Assembly: GCA_001303545.1 (NCBI GenBank)
Contig: LJUA01000002.1
Location: 1-53,467, forward strand
DNA length: 53,467 bases
From: Dehalococcoidia bacterium SM23_28_2
Lineage (GTDB): Bacteria > Chloroflexota > Dehalococcoidia > SM23-28-2
Direction: 5' to 3'
Part shown: piece after piece, positions 22,440 to 31,155 of the stretch
How the letters are laid out: each line of letters begins with the position of its first letter
Numbering within the stretch: position 1 is the first letter of the stretch
Translations under genes and position numbers: made by a program
Notes under the pieces: generated by a model
The model's input: only the letters and a program-made list of their open reading frames with translations
What the model was told of the DNA's origin: nothing
Database searches by the model: none

Positions 22440-22574
22440 CGGACCCTGGTTGGCTACTGCCGGTCTACTTCTCTAGCTAGAAGGCCTCTGGGAGCTAGTA
22501 TAGAACAGGATGAGGGCGAAGTGGGAGTGGCACTGCTGGCGGCAGGCAGCGCCAGCGAGCGAATAGGGCTCTCC

Positions 22575-22604
22575 TTGACCGCCTTCGTTGGCGACGGCTA
22601 CAAT
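22575..22604 (+). promoter_or_regulatory. Sigma-70-type promoter candidate for the M20 amidohydrolase gene
   Basis: TTGACC (22575-22580), an 18-nt spacer, then TACAAT (22599-22604), about 47 nt before ATG 22652. Confidence 0.5.
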
Positions 22605-22651
22605 GGAATCGTGCTTCCCCTCAAGTTATCTTCCAGAGGATAACCCCAGGT

Positions 22652-23830
22652 ATGAATCGCCTCGATGATCTGAAGAAGAGAGCGGTAGAAGAGATAGACG
22701 CCCATCGCGACCAGCTCATCGAACTCAGCCTGCGCATCCATGCCAATCCGGAGACGGCCTTTCAGGAAGCGAAGGCGGCTGGCTGGCTGAGCGACTACCT
22801 GGAGGCTGAGGGGTTCGCTGTGGAGCGAGGCATCTGCCGGCTGGATACCGCTTTCCGCGCCAGCTACGGCGATGGACGGCCGCGAGTAGCCTTCCTCGCC
22901 GAGTACGATGCCCTGGCGGGCATCGGCCACGGCTGTGGCCACAACATCATCGCTGCCGCTTCGGTGGGGGCAGCCGTCGCCGTCAAAAGCATCATTCCGG
23001 AAACGGGGGGGACGGTGGCGGTCATCGGCACGCCGGCCGAGGAAGCGGCGGGGGGTAAGGTGTTCATGGCCAGCCGGGGCGCCTTCGACGACCTGGACGT
23101 GGCCATGCTGGTGCATCCGGGCAATCGCGACGCAGCGGTGACCTACGCCCTGGCCTGCCTTGAGCTGAGCGTGCAGTACTTCGGGAGGGCAGCGCATGCC
23201 GCCGCTCGCCCCGAGGCGGGGATCAATGCTCTGGACGCCCTGGTCATCGCCTACAACAGCGTCAGCGCCCTCCGTCAGCACATCCGCGAGTCCGCGCGCA
23301 TTCACGGCATCATTACCGACGGCGGGCAGGCTGTGAACGTGGTGCCGGAGCGGTCGGCGGCCTCCTTTCTGCTCAGGGCTGAGGATGACGACTATCTGGA
23401 GGAGTTGAAGGAGAAGGTGTTAGCATGCTTTCGGGCGGGGGCAGAGGCCACCGGCGCCCGCCTGGAGTACCGCTGGGGGGAGGAGGCCCGCTATCGGGCC
23501 ATGCGTAGCAATCGTGCGCTGGCCGAGGCCTTTCGCTGCAACATGGAGACCTTGGGCCGGCAGGTGCAGGAATCGGACAGCCGCCGCTCGCTGGGCAGCA
23601 CGGACATGGGGAACGTCAGCGTCCTGGTGCCGGCCATCCATCCCACGGTGGCCATCGCGCCGCCGGACATACCCGTCCACACCCCCGAGTTCCGGGAACT
23701 CTCGGCGTCGGAGGCCGGTCATCGCGGCCTTCTGGACGCGGCCAAGGCCATGGCGATGACGGCGGTGGACGTGTTGCTGGACGCCGACCTCCGCCGCCGG
23801 ATCGAGGAGGAGTTCCGTGGCGGCGAGTGA
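22652..23830 (+). CDS. M20-family metallo-amidohydrolase (AbgB/aminoacylase-like)
   Basis: 392 aa, ...LSLRIHANPETAFQEAKAAGWLSDYLEAEGFAV...VAFLAEYDALAGIGHGCGHNIIAAA... Confidence 0.8.
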   Translation: MNRLDDLKKRAVEEIDAHRDQLIELSLRIHANPETAFQEAKAAGWLSDYLEAEGFAVERGICRLDTAFRASYGDGRPRVAFLAEYDALAGIGHGCGHNIIAAASVGAAVAVKSIIPETGGTVAVIGTPAEEAAGGKVFMASRGAFDDLDVAMLVHPGNRDAAVTYALACLELSVQYFGRAAHAAARPEAGINALDALVIAYNSVSALRQHIRESARIHGIITDGGQAVNVVPERSAASFLLRAEDDDYLEELKEKVLACFRAGAEATGARLEYRWGEEARYRAMRSNRALAEAFRCNMETLGRQVQESDSRRSLGSTDMGNVSVLVPAIHPTVAIAPPDIPVHTPEFRELSASEAGHRGLLDAAKAMAMTAVDVLLDADLRRRIEEEFRGGE

Positions 23831-24857
23831 TCCTGTCATCGCCCTGGACGCCATGGGCGGCGATCATGCTCCCCAGGAGATCGTGAAGGGAGCGGTGCTG
23901 GCCGCTCGTGAGCTGGGGGTGCGGGTGGCTCTGGTGGGGCCGTCATCCCTGGTGGAGGAAGAACTGGCGAAGGAGGGACCGCGGCCGGAGGGCATTCGCC
24001 TGGTGGAGGCCAGCGAGGTCATCGCCATGGATGAGCACCCCGCCAAGGCCGCTCGGCGCAAGAAGGATTCCTCCATCGTCGTAGGGCTGAAGCTGCTCAA
24101 GCAGGGAGAGGCCGACGCATTCGTCTCTGCCGGCAATACGGGGGCGGTCCTGGCGGCCTCCATCATGTACCTGGGGCGCCTCAGGGGCATCGCCAGGCCA
24201 TCGCTGGTAGCCCTGCTTCCCCTGTCGGGTCGGCTGACCGTTCTCCTCGATGTTGGGGCGAACGCCGACTGCAAGCCGAAGTACCTGTTACAGTTCGCTG
24301 AGATGGGCAGCGCCTATATGGAGCGAGTGTGGAAGGTGGAGAGGCCGCGGGTGGCTCTCCTGAGCATCGGCGAGGAGGAGACGAAGGGCAGCATGTTGAC
24401 CCAGGAGGCCTACGAGCTGCTGAAGAACGCCAGCCACCTGAACTTCATCGGCAACGTGGAAGGGAGAGACGTCCCCACCGACGCCGCCGATGTCATAGTC
24501 ACCGATGGGTTTACCGGCAACGTGGTGGTCAAGACGATGGAGGGCATGGGCTCTTTCATCGGGAGCCAGATTGAGGGGGCGATCAGGAGCAGGTGGTACT
24601 ACATGCTGCCGGGTCTGCTCTTAAGGGGGGCTTTGCGCGGCATGCGAAAGCGCACCGACCCTCGGGAGTACGGCGCAGGGCCTCTCCTGGGCGTCAAGGG
24701 GTTGGTCTTCGTGGGCCACGGCCGCAGCGATGCTGTGGCCATCAAGAGCGCCCTGAGGGTGGCTAGGGAGGCCGTCGTGTCCGGCATGCTGGAGGCTATG
24801 CGACCACCGCCGGAGCCGGCCCAGCCGCTGGCTGAGGGGTCAGGAAAGGGCGCCTAG
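23817..24857 (+). CDS. plsX: Phosphate acyltransferase PlsX
   Basis: ...VIALDAMGGDHAPQEIVKGAV...FVSAGNTGAVLAAS...DGFTGNVVVKTMEG...; the GTG start overlaps the upstream gene by 14 nt. Confidence 0.9.
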   Translation: MAASDPVIALDAMGGDHAPQEIVKGAVLAARELGVRVALVGPSSLVEEELAKEGPRPEGIRLVEASEVIAMDEHPAKAARRKKDSSIVVGLKLLKQGEADAFVSAGNTGAVLAASIMYLGRLRGIARPSLVALLPLSGRLTVLLDVGANADCKPKYLLQFAEMGSAYMERVWKVERPRVALLSIGEEETKGSMLTQEAYELLKNASHLNFIGNVEGRDVPTDAADVIVTDGFTGNVVVKTMEGMGSFIGSQIEGAIRSRWYYMLPGLLLRGALRGMRKRTDPREYGAGPLLGVKGLVFVGHGRSDAVAIKSALRVAREAVVSGMLEAMRPPPEPAQPLAEGSGKGA

Positions 24858-24903
24858 TCAGGGGCCTTCTGGCGCACTGAGGAAGCTGGGAAAGGAGTGA
24901 TTG

Positions 24904-25233
24904 ATGGCGAAGCCTGGTAATGTTAACGATTCTCAATTCGAAAGCGAAGTGCTGAAGGCGAACGTGCCGGTGCTGGTGGACTTCTGGGCGCCCTGGTGCG
25001 GCCCCTGTCGGATGGTGGAACCCATTGTGGAGGAACTGGCCGATGAATACGGCGATAAGGTCAAGTTCCTCCGGATGAACACCGATGACAATATGAATAC
25101 AGCGATCCAGTACGGCATTCGCGCCATTCCTACCCTTCTCGTGTTCAACGGCGGCCAGCCGGTCGGTCAGGTCATCGGCTTTCGGCCTAAGAGCGACCTG
25201 AAGAGGGTCATCGACCAGGCTCTGTCCTCGTAG
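24904..25233 (+). CDS. trxA: Thioredoxin
   Basis: ...VLVDFWAPWCGPCRMVEPIVEELADEYGDKVKFLRMNTDDN...GIRAIPTLLVFNGGQ...; a TTG at 24901 is also possible as the start. Confidence 0.93.
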   Translation: MAKPGNVNDSQFESEVLKANVPVLVDFWAPWCGPCRMVEPIVEELADEYGDKVKFLRMNTDDNMNTAIQYGIRAIPTLLVFNGGQPVGQVIGFRPKSDLKRVIDQALSS

Positions 25234-25263
25234 AGCAGGTCCTGGCTAGCGACAGTCAAATGC

Positions 25264-25360
25264 GGGAGTGGATGGGCCCCGGTGGGCCTCTCGGTCTTCA
25301 AAACCGATGCGGGGCGGTAGGACCGTCCCGGGTGGGTTCGACTCCCATGCACTCCCGCCA
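25264..25360 (+). tRNA. selC: tRNA-Sec (anticodon UCA), 97 nt including an encoded CCA
   Basis: GGGAGTGGATGGGCCCCGGTGGGCCTCTCGGTCTTCAAAACCGATGCGGGGCGGTAGGACCGTCCCGGGTGGGTTCGACTCCCATGCACTCCCGCCA. Acceptor GGGAGTG pairs with CACTCCC. The D-stem has 6 bp (GGGCCC/GGGCCT) with a 4-nt loop. The anticodon arm is TCGGT-CTTCAAA-ACCGA. The long variable arm has 8 bp (GGGGCGGT/ACCGTCCC). The T-loop is GGTTCGACTCC. Confidence 0.9.
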
Positions 25361-25462
25361 AGATCTCTGAATCCGAAGAGCTTTCTCTCTCCTCAAACGT
25401 GTGCGGCTGGCGGCGGCGATGGTGGTGTTCGCTGAGATCAAAGCAGACTGGGAGCAGACGCG

Positions 25463-26842
25463 ATGACGATCGAGCAGTCGCTGTTTTTTGGCGACACGAT
25501 GATAGAGGTGAGCCTTCCCGATCGCACCCAACTGGTGGGCGGCGACCGTGAGGGGCTTCGTCTGGATCCGGTGGCAGATCAGGAGGCGGCCGTTCGGGCT
25601 GCGCTGGCAGAGCCGCTCGGTCTGCCTCGCGTGGGGCGGTTAGTGAGGCCGGGGGCGCAGGTGCTCATCGCCTTCGATGACCCGACAGCGCCGTCGTTCG
25701 GCCCCATCAGGCGATTGGCCATCGAAGCGATCTTGGAGGAGCTGGCGGAGGCTGGCGTGTCGGAGGAGAACGTCACTCTCGTCTGCGCCAACGGGCTTCA
25801 CCGCAAATGGACGCACCAGGAGCTGACGGCCATCCTCGGGCAGGATCTGGTGCAGCGCTTCGGGCCGCGCTTGACCTGTCAGGATGCCGAAGACCCGGAC
25901 AACCTCGTGTACATGGGGACTACAGCCAATGGCTATGATGTCGAGGTTCACCGCCTGGTAAAGGAAGCGGACTTGACCGTGTATGTCAACGCCGCCTGCT
26001 ACCTGGGCTTCAACGGCGGCTGGAAGTCGGTCTGCGTTGGGCTATCCACCTGGCGCTCCATTCGTTGGACGCACACGCCCGACGGCATGACGATGTCCGT
26101 GCGTGGCAACCGGATGCACGACGTCTTCGATGAGATGGGCCGGCATCTGGAGTCGAAGCTGGGCAGGCGCGTGTTCAAAGTGGAGACGCTGCTGGCCAAC
26201 GCGGCGACCATCGGGCGGGTGTTTGCCGGCGGCGTAGACGAGACGCGGGCGGCGGCGGTTGAGGTGCAGGCTTCTCTGTACCAGCCGCGACGGGCGGCAG
26301 CTGAGCCCGCCGACGTGGTGATCTACGGGGTTCCAGCCTGGAGCCCGTACGCCACCTTCGCCCGGATGAACCCGATACTAACCCTGCTCTCTTCAGGGCT
26401 TGGCTACCTGGGGGGCTACATCGAGGCTCTGGGCAAGCCAGGCTGCTCGGTGATCATGGCCACGCCCTGCCCGGAGGACTGGGACCTGGAGCACCATCCT
26501 TCGTACCCGGAGGTGTGGGAGCGAGTCCTGACGGAAAGCCTCGACCCGTACGAGATCACTGCCCGGTTCATGGACGAGTTCGCCACTCGAGCGGACTACA
26601 TCGAGCGCTATCGCAACGGCAATGCCTTCCATCCAGTGCACGGGATACTGGCGACGCATCCGCTGAAGCGCCTGCGGCACGCGGCTCGCGTATTCGTGGC
26701 CGGGGCGAAGGACCCGGCGGTGCCACGACACCTGGGGTTCATTCCAACCGCCAGCGTGGAGGAGGCCGTAGCCGAGGCGGAGCGGATCCACGGCCGCGAT
26801 TGCTCCATCGTCTGCATCAGGCAATTCGTGGGGATGATGTAG
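25463..26842 (+). CDS. LarA-like (DUF2088, nickel-pincer-dependent racemase/epimerase family) protein
   Basis: 459 aa. ...VLIAFDDPTAPSFGP...LVCANGLHRKWTHQEL...YVNAACYLGFNGGWKSVCVGL... resembles the LarA N-terminal domain and core. This assignment is from memory of the family motifs. Confidence 0.6.
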   Translation: MTIEQSLFFGDTMIEVSLPDRTQLVGGDREGLRLDPVADQEAAVRAALAEPLGLPRVGRLVRPGAQVLIAFDDPTAPSFGPIRRLAIEAILEELAEAGVSEENVTLVCANGLHRKWTHQELTAILGQDLVQRFGPRLTCQDAEDPDNLVYMGTTANGYDVEVHRLVKEADLTVYVNAACYLGFNGGWKSVCVGLSTWRSIRWTHTPDGMTMSVRGNRMHDVFDEMGRHLESKLGRRVFKVETLLANAATIGRVFAGGVDETRAAAVEVQASLYQPRRAAAEPADVVIYGVPAWSPYATFARMNPILTLLSSGLGYLGGYIEALGKPGCSVIMATPCPEDWDLEHHPSYPEVWERVLTESLDPYEITARFMDEFATRADYIERYRNGNAFHPVHGILATHPLKRLRHAARVFVAGAKDPAVPRHLGFIPTASVEEAVAEAERIHGRDCSIVCIRQFVGMM

Positions 26843-27032
26843 GCCGCCGCCGGGCGACCTGCGACAACCTTTCGGCGGCTCTCCAAGGCCGTCCCAACCA
26901 CAATCCGATCGCTCAGGGTAGGGGACTGCTGCGCGCTTTCTTGACGAGTGGAGCATAGGCTGCATTGTAACGTAAGGCGTACTGCAGCGTCCTACAAGAA
27001 AAGGGAAAAAAAGAAAGGCCGGGGCCATCTTC

Positions 27033-27893
27033 ATGCAAAACGTTGAACAGGAGACCCCCACCGAGGTGACGGTGTCCGGGAACACGCGGCGTGCCGTTCG
27101 CAGAATCGCTCCCCCGGGCGACCTGAACCGCTTACGCTGGGGGCTACGGGCCGGCGGGACGATATTCGCCATTGCTGGCGCTTTCATACTATCGCTAGCT
27201 TACGCTTCTGACGTAGGCTGGAAGTTCCACCTCCTGAACGGCCTCATCTTCTTGGCCGTCATCCTCATGGCCCAAACGCTTGCCACCTTCTCTCGTAGAA
27301 CGCACGTAGAGCAGGAGCAGCGCTACCCAACGCAGCTGTTCACCGACAGTTGCGGGTTGGAAGAGGCGGACGCGCGCGATTATCTGACCCAGCTCTTCAG
27401 CCAGGCCTATTTCCTAGAACGGTTGGAGTGGGAGCTGGAGCGGGCCCGCAGGTTGCGGATGCCCCTGGCCGTCATGGTACTGGACATCAACCAACTCGAC
27501 GCTGTCAACGACGCTTACGGGCAGAAGGTGGGAGATGTGGCACTGGCCGAACTGAGCAAGGTAATACTGAAGTGTACCCGTAGCAGTGACGTCCCTGCTC
27601 GCTTGGGCGACGACGAGTTCGGCGTGATCATGCCAGAAACCGATAGGCGTGGGGCTTTCGTGGTGGCCACGCGCATCCGGCGAACCCTGGAGGTTACCTC
27701 CGTCTACGAGCACGATGGGCAGTCCGTCAACCTGACCGTGGCGTTGGGGGTATCGGGCTTTCCTTGGGACGGCGAGAACGGCGACGAGTTGATGCAGAAG
27801 GCGGATGCCGCCATGTACGTCGTCAAGGCCACTCGCCACGCCGGCAACGATATCGAAGGCCGCGTTCCCTCCGAGTCCGGGCTGACCAGCTGA
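27033..27893 (+). CDS. Membrane-anchored GGDEF-domain protein with a variant GDDEF active-site motif
   Basis: Two N-terminal hydrophobic helices. The domain reads ...LAVMVLDINQLDAVNDAYGQKVGDVALAELSKVILKCTRSSDVPARLGDDEFGVIMPETD... Confidence 0.85.
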   Translation: MQNVEQETPTEVTVSGNTRRAVRRIAPPGDLNRLRWGLRAGGTIFAIAGAFILSLAYASDVGWKFHLLNGLIFLAVILMAQTLATFSRRTHVEQEQRYPTQLFTDSCGLEEADARDYLTQLFSQAYFLERLEWELERARRLRMPLAVMVLDINQLDAVNDAYGQKVGDVALAELSKVILKCTRSSDVPARLGDDEFGVIMPETDRRGAFVVATRIRRTLEVTSVYEHDGQSVNLTVALGVSGFPWDGENGDELMQKADAAMYVVKATRHAGNDIEGRVPSESGLTS

Positions 27894-27907
27894 CGCGCCT
27901 CAACCAA

Positions 27908-28279
27908 CTAAGGCTCGATCGGCGTGCCCACGCACTGAGTGCCGCTGTCAGTGATCAGCACCAGCAGCAGGTCGTACTTGTTGAGGCTTCGCATATCGGA
28001 CATGGCGGGCCTGCCTGGGATCCACCGCTCGAAAGGCTCGCTGCTGTCCATCCAGCGGTAGGCGATGGCGTAGCCCCCCTCGATGCAGGCCAGGGCCGTC
28101 CCCGGCTCGGTCCCTGAGGGGCCCGTCCATACGAGGTTGTGCCAGCCAGACGGCCCAAGGTCGAAGCTGCGGGTGGTCTCCGGCGGCGGATAGACAGAGC
28201 CCAGGGCGTCTGGCAGCGTTGCCGCCAGAGCCAGAACCAGGGCGGCACTAATGGCTGTCGCTGCCAGCCGGCCTTTCAT
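27908..28279 (-). CDS. Small exported hypothetical protein (123 aa)
   Basis: The internal start MKGRLAATAISAALVLALAATLPDALG is a signal peptide. The track ORF extends to 28354, but that extra N-terminus is hydrophilic and implausible. Confidence 0.5.
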   Translation of the reverse strand: MKGRLAATAISAALVLALAATLPDALGSVYPPPETTRSFDLGPSGWHNLVWTGPSGTEPGTALACIEGGYAIAYRWMDSSEPFERWIPGRPAMSDMRSLNKYDLLLVLITDSGTQCVGTPIEP

Positions 28280-28405
28280 CGCTGGTCTTTTCCCTCCCCA
28301 TGGGCGGCGGGCATCATAGCACCGAGCGGCGGTTGGCTCAAGAGGCGCGGCCAAACCTCGGCAACACTTGCTCGGTGGTGTTGAGGGCTGCCCCTCGTCT
28401 GGTAT

Positions 28406-29425
28406 ATGCTCGCAGCGGCTATGCTGTACGTCCTCTACGGCCGCGACGATTTTTCCCTGCGGGAGGAACTGGCTCGCATCAAGGGCGAGCTGGACTCCGA
28501 CGGTATGCTTTCTTCCAATACGGACGTGCTCGATGGCCGTGAGGTTAGCCCCGAGCAGCTCATGGCCATCTGCGACACGATGCCCTTCCTCAGCGCTAAT
28601 CGGCTGGTGGTTGTGGAGGGCCTGCTCAAGCGGTTCGACTCGCCGGGGCGGCCGCGTCGGGGCGCTCGCGGCGCCAGACGTGAGAACACGGAGGCTTTGG
28701 AGCGCTGGCTGGGCCTGGCTGAGTACGCCCAGCGCATGCCGAGCACCGCGACTCTGGTTCTGGTGGACGAGGAGCTGTCGGACGGCAATCCCTTGTTGAA
28801 GGCCATCGGCTCGGTGGGGCAGGTGCGAGAGTTCCGGCCGCTAAGGCCGGGGGCCGTCCTTAAGTGGATCCTGGAGCGGGCGCAGAACCAGGGCGTCGAT
28901 ATCTCGCCGGCGGCGGCTCGCCTGCTGGCCGACCTGGTGGGAAACAACCTGTGGTTGCTGGCCAGCGAGCTTGACAAGCTGACAGCCTACGCTCAGGGCC
29001 GACGCATCGAGGGGGCGGATGTGAGGGCGCTGGTCAGCGAGGCGCGGCAGGTGAGCATCTTCGCCATGGTGGACGCCATCGTCGAGAAGCGGGCGGCTGT
29101 GGCTCTGCGCCTCTTACGCCAGTTGAGGACGGCCGGAGCGGAGGGAGGCTACCTTCTGGCCATGGTGGTCCGCCAGTATCGGCTGATCATCCAGGCCAGG
29201 GAGATGATGACAGCCGGTCTTTCCGCTCGGGAGATGGGCCAGCGGTTGGGTATCACCTCCGACTTCGTTCTCCAGCGGATTCTCGATCAGGCGCAGCGCT
29301 ACTCTCTGCCTCGTCTGAAGACAGCCTATCGGCGGTTGCTGGAGGCCGATGTCGGGGTGAAGCGGGGGCACTACGACGAGGAGGTAGCCCTGGAGCTGCT
29401 GGTGCACGACCTGGCCAGGATATGA
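28406..29425 (+). CDS. holA: DNA polymerase III delta subunit
   Basis: 339 aa, ...LYVLYGRDDFSLREELARIK...LVVVEGLLKRF...NNLWLLASELDKLTAYAQGRRIEGADV... Confidence 0.8.
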   Translation: MLAAAMLYVLYGRDDFSLREELARIKGELDSDGMLSSNTDVLDGREVSPEQLMAICDTMPFLSANRLVVVEGLLKRFDSPGRPRRGARGARRENTEALERWLGLAEYAQRMPSTATLVLVDEELSDGNPLLKAIGSVGQVREFRPLRPGAVLKWILERAQNQGVDISPAAARLLADLVGNNLWLLASELDKLTAYAQGRRIEGADVRALVSEARQVSIFAMVDAIVEKRAAVALRLLRQLRTAGAEGGYLLAMVVRQYRLIIQAREMMTAGLSAREMGQRLGITSDFVLQRILDQAQRYSLPRLKTAYRRLLEADVGVKRGHYDEEVALELLVHDLARI

Positions 29426-29465
29426 GCGCGGCCGGCGGAGCGCCTTTCTGCTAGTCAGTTGTCTT

Positions 29466-30107
29466 CTAGGACGAGCGGATGGCTCCCAGGACCTTCCCCT
29501 GCACCTCCACGTTGGCGGGGTCGGTGTAGATGGGGGCCATGGCGTCGTTGGCCGGCTGAAGGCGGATGCGGCCGCTCTCCTGGTAGAAGCGCTTAAGGGT
29601 GGCCTCCTGCTCCCGCTTGAGCCAGGCGGCAACCATGTCGCCGTTGTCGGCGGTGGTGGCGGCCTCCATGAGCACGATATCGCCGTCATTCACCAGGGCG
29701 TCGATCATGGAGGAGCCCTTCACCCGCAGGCCGTAGACATTCGGGCGGCCGCCGACCATGTCGCGGGTGATCTCTATGGATTCGGAGTAGTCTATGTTGC
29801 TCCAGGTGTCGGCGGTGGGTACCGGTATCGGCTCGCCGGCGGCGATCTGGCCGATGATGGGCACGGCCACCGTCCGCGGGCGGCGACCGCCGCGCTCCAG
29901 GAGCTCGATGGCGCGCGATACCTCGCGGTCGCGGCGGATGTAGCCGTCGCCCTCCAGCTTCTTCAGGTTGTAGTCCACCACCGAGGTGGAGCTGATACCG
30001 CAGCCGTCCTGGATCTGGCGGATGCTGGGGGGATAGTCGTGTTCATCGATGAACTGGCGAATGAAACGCAGGATGCTCTGCTGTTTGGGCGAGAGGTTCT
30101 TGGCCAT
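29466..30107 (-). CDS. lexA: LexA repressor
   Basis: MAKNLSPKQQSILRFIRQFIDEHDYPPSIRQIQDGCGISSTSVVDYNLKKLEGDGYIRR...VKGSSMIDALVNDGDIVLM... Confidence 0.93.
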   Translation of the reverse strand: MAKNLSPKQQSILRFIRQFIDEHDYPPSIRQIQDGCGISSTSVVDYNLKKLEGDGYIRRDREVSRAIELLERGGRRPRTVAVPIIGQIAAGEPIPVPTADTWSNIDYSESIEITRDMVGGRPNVYGLRVKGSSMIDALVNDGDIVLMEAATTADNGDMVAAWLKREQEATLKRFYQESGRIRLQPANDAMAPIYTDPANVEVQGKVLGAIRSS

Positions 30108-30126
30108 ACGCCCCTCCTTATGTCAT

Positions 30127-30156
30127 CGAACTTGTGTTCTGTCGAACAAGTATACT
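30127..30156. promoter_or_regulatory. SOS (LexA) box of the GAAC-N4-GTTC type, plus an adjacent degenerate second box
   Basis: CGAACTTGTGTTCT at 30127-30140 lies 20-33 nt upstream of the lexA ATG. The overlapping GTTCTGTCGAAC and downstream GAACAAGTATAC (30144-30155) form a second, weaker site. Confidence 0.8.
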
Positions 30157-30234
30157 GGCCTGGGGGCAAGTTGTCAATCCCTGTCGTCCGCTAGTACAAT
30201 CGCGTTTACAAGAAATGAGCAGGATAGACATGCC

Positions 30235-31014
30235 GTGAAGCCCTCTTCTCTGCGATTCGCCCGATTTCGCTACGGCCGTCGCCGGGGGTATGCCCTGGTG
30301 GAGGGCGATCTGCTCAGGCCCATAGTCGGCAGCCCCTTCGGCGCCTGGCGATCGGCTGAGGAGAGCGTGCCCCTATCGCGGGTGAGGCTGCTGGCTCCGG
30401 TGAGGCCGTCCAAGATCCTGGCGGTGGCCCTCAACTACCGTAGCCATCTGCAGCAGTTCGACCAGAGCGCGGCGCCGCCCAATCCTGAGCTGTTCCTGAA
30501 GCCGCCCTCAGCGGCTATCGGGCCGGAGGAGGCGATCGTTCTGCCCGCCGCTGCCGGACGGGTGGACTACGAAGGCGAGCTGGTAGCCGTTATCGGCCGC
30601 CGAGCCAGAGACCTGACGCCCGATGAGGCCTTAGCCCACGTGCTGGGCTATACCTGCGGCAATGATGTCAGTGCGCGCGACTGGCAGCAAGGCGACCTCC
30701 AGTGGTGGCGGGCAAAGGGCTGCGATACCTTCGCTCCCATCGGCCCCTGGATCGTCACCGGGCTCGATCCGACCAACCTGGAGCTCCGGACCCGTGTCAA
30801 CGGAGAAGTCGTTCAGAGCATCAACACTTCGCTTCTGATCTACGACGTGGCCCGGCTGGTGAGCTTCGCCAGCCAGGCGATGACCCTGGAGCCAGGCGAT
30901 ATCCTCTTCACGGGCACGCCGGGGACAACCGCGCCGCTGAAGGCAGGCGAGGTGGTGGAGGTGGACATCGGCGGCATCGGCGTCCTGCGCAATCCCGTAG
31001 AAACAGCGCTCTAG
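30235..31014 (+). CDS. Fumarylacetoacetate hydrolase (FAH) family protein
   Basis: GTG 30235 gives VKPSSLRFARFRYG...KILAVALNYRSHLQ...VDYEGELVAVIGRRARD...GDILFTGTPGT.... The track ORF 30049..31014 over-extends across the lexA start. Confidence 0.8.
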   Translation: MKPSSLRFARFRYGRRRGYALVEGDLLRPIVGSPFGAWRSAEESVPLSRVRLLAPVRPSKILAVALNYRSHLQQFDQSAAPPNPELFLKPPSAAIGPEEAIVLPAAAGRVDYEGELVAVIGRRARDLTPDEALAHVLGYTCGNDVSARDWQQGDLQWWRAKGCDTFAPIGPWIVTGLDPTNLELRTRVNGEVVQSINTSLLIYDVARLVSFASQAMTLEPGDILFTGTPGTTAPLKAGEVVEVDIGGIGVLRNPVETAL

Positions 31015-31106
31015 CAGTTCTCCTCGACAGTGGAGAAGGGGGGAACGGCGAGCGCTCCAATGGGTCTCGCAGCTGGACAGGAGCCAGCGAGGGCAGCACA
31101 TAACAA

Positions 31107-31131
31107 GAACATCCCGGCGACCGGGATGTTC
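31107..31131. terminator. Perfect 11-bp hairpin between convergent genes
   Basis: GAACATCCCGG-cga-CCGGGATGTTC, between the FAH gene (+) and the 110-aa ORF (-). Confidence 0.7.
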
Positions 31132-31155
31132 TAAACCTTGGCTAAGGGTTTCTCT

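Noticed and set aside
25361-27032. A selenoprotein gene or SECIS element near selC (an in-frame TGA joining two same-frame ORFs). This was also checked around trxA and the small Cys-rich ORFs.
   Set aside because: All neighbouring conserved ORFs are continuous without internal TGA. Thioredoxin has a normal CGPC. I saw no split-ORF pattern by eye.
28280-28405. A -10-like TATATG overlapping the holA start, suggesting a leaderless transcript.
   Set aside because: The match is a single weak hexamer that overlaps the ATG itself, and there is no supporting -35 element. This is not enough to call a promoter.
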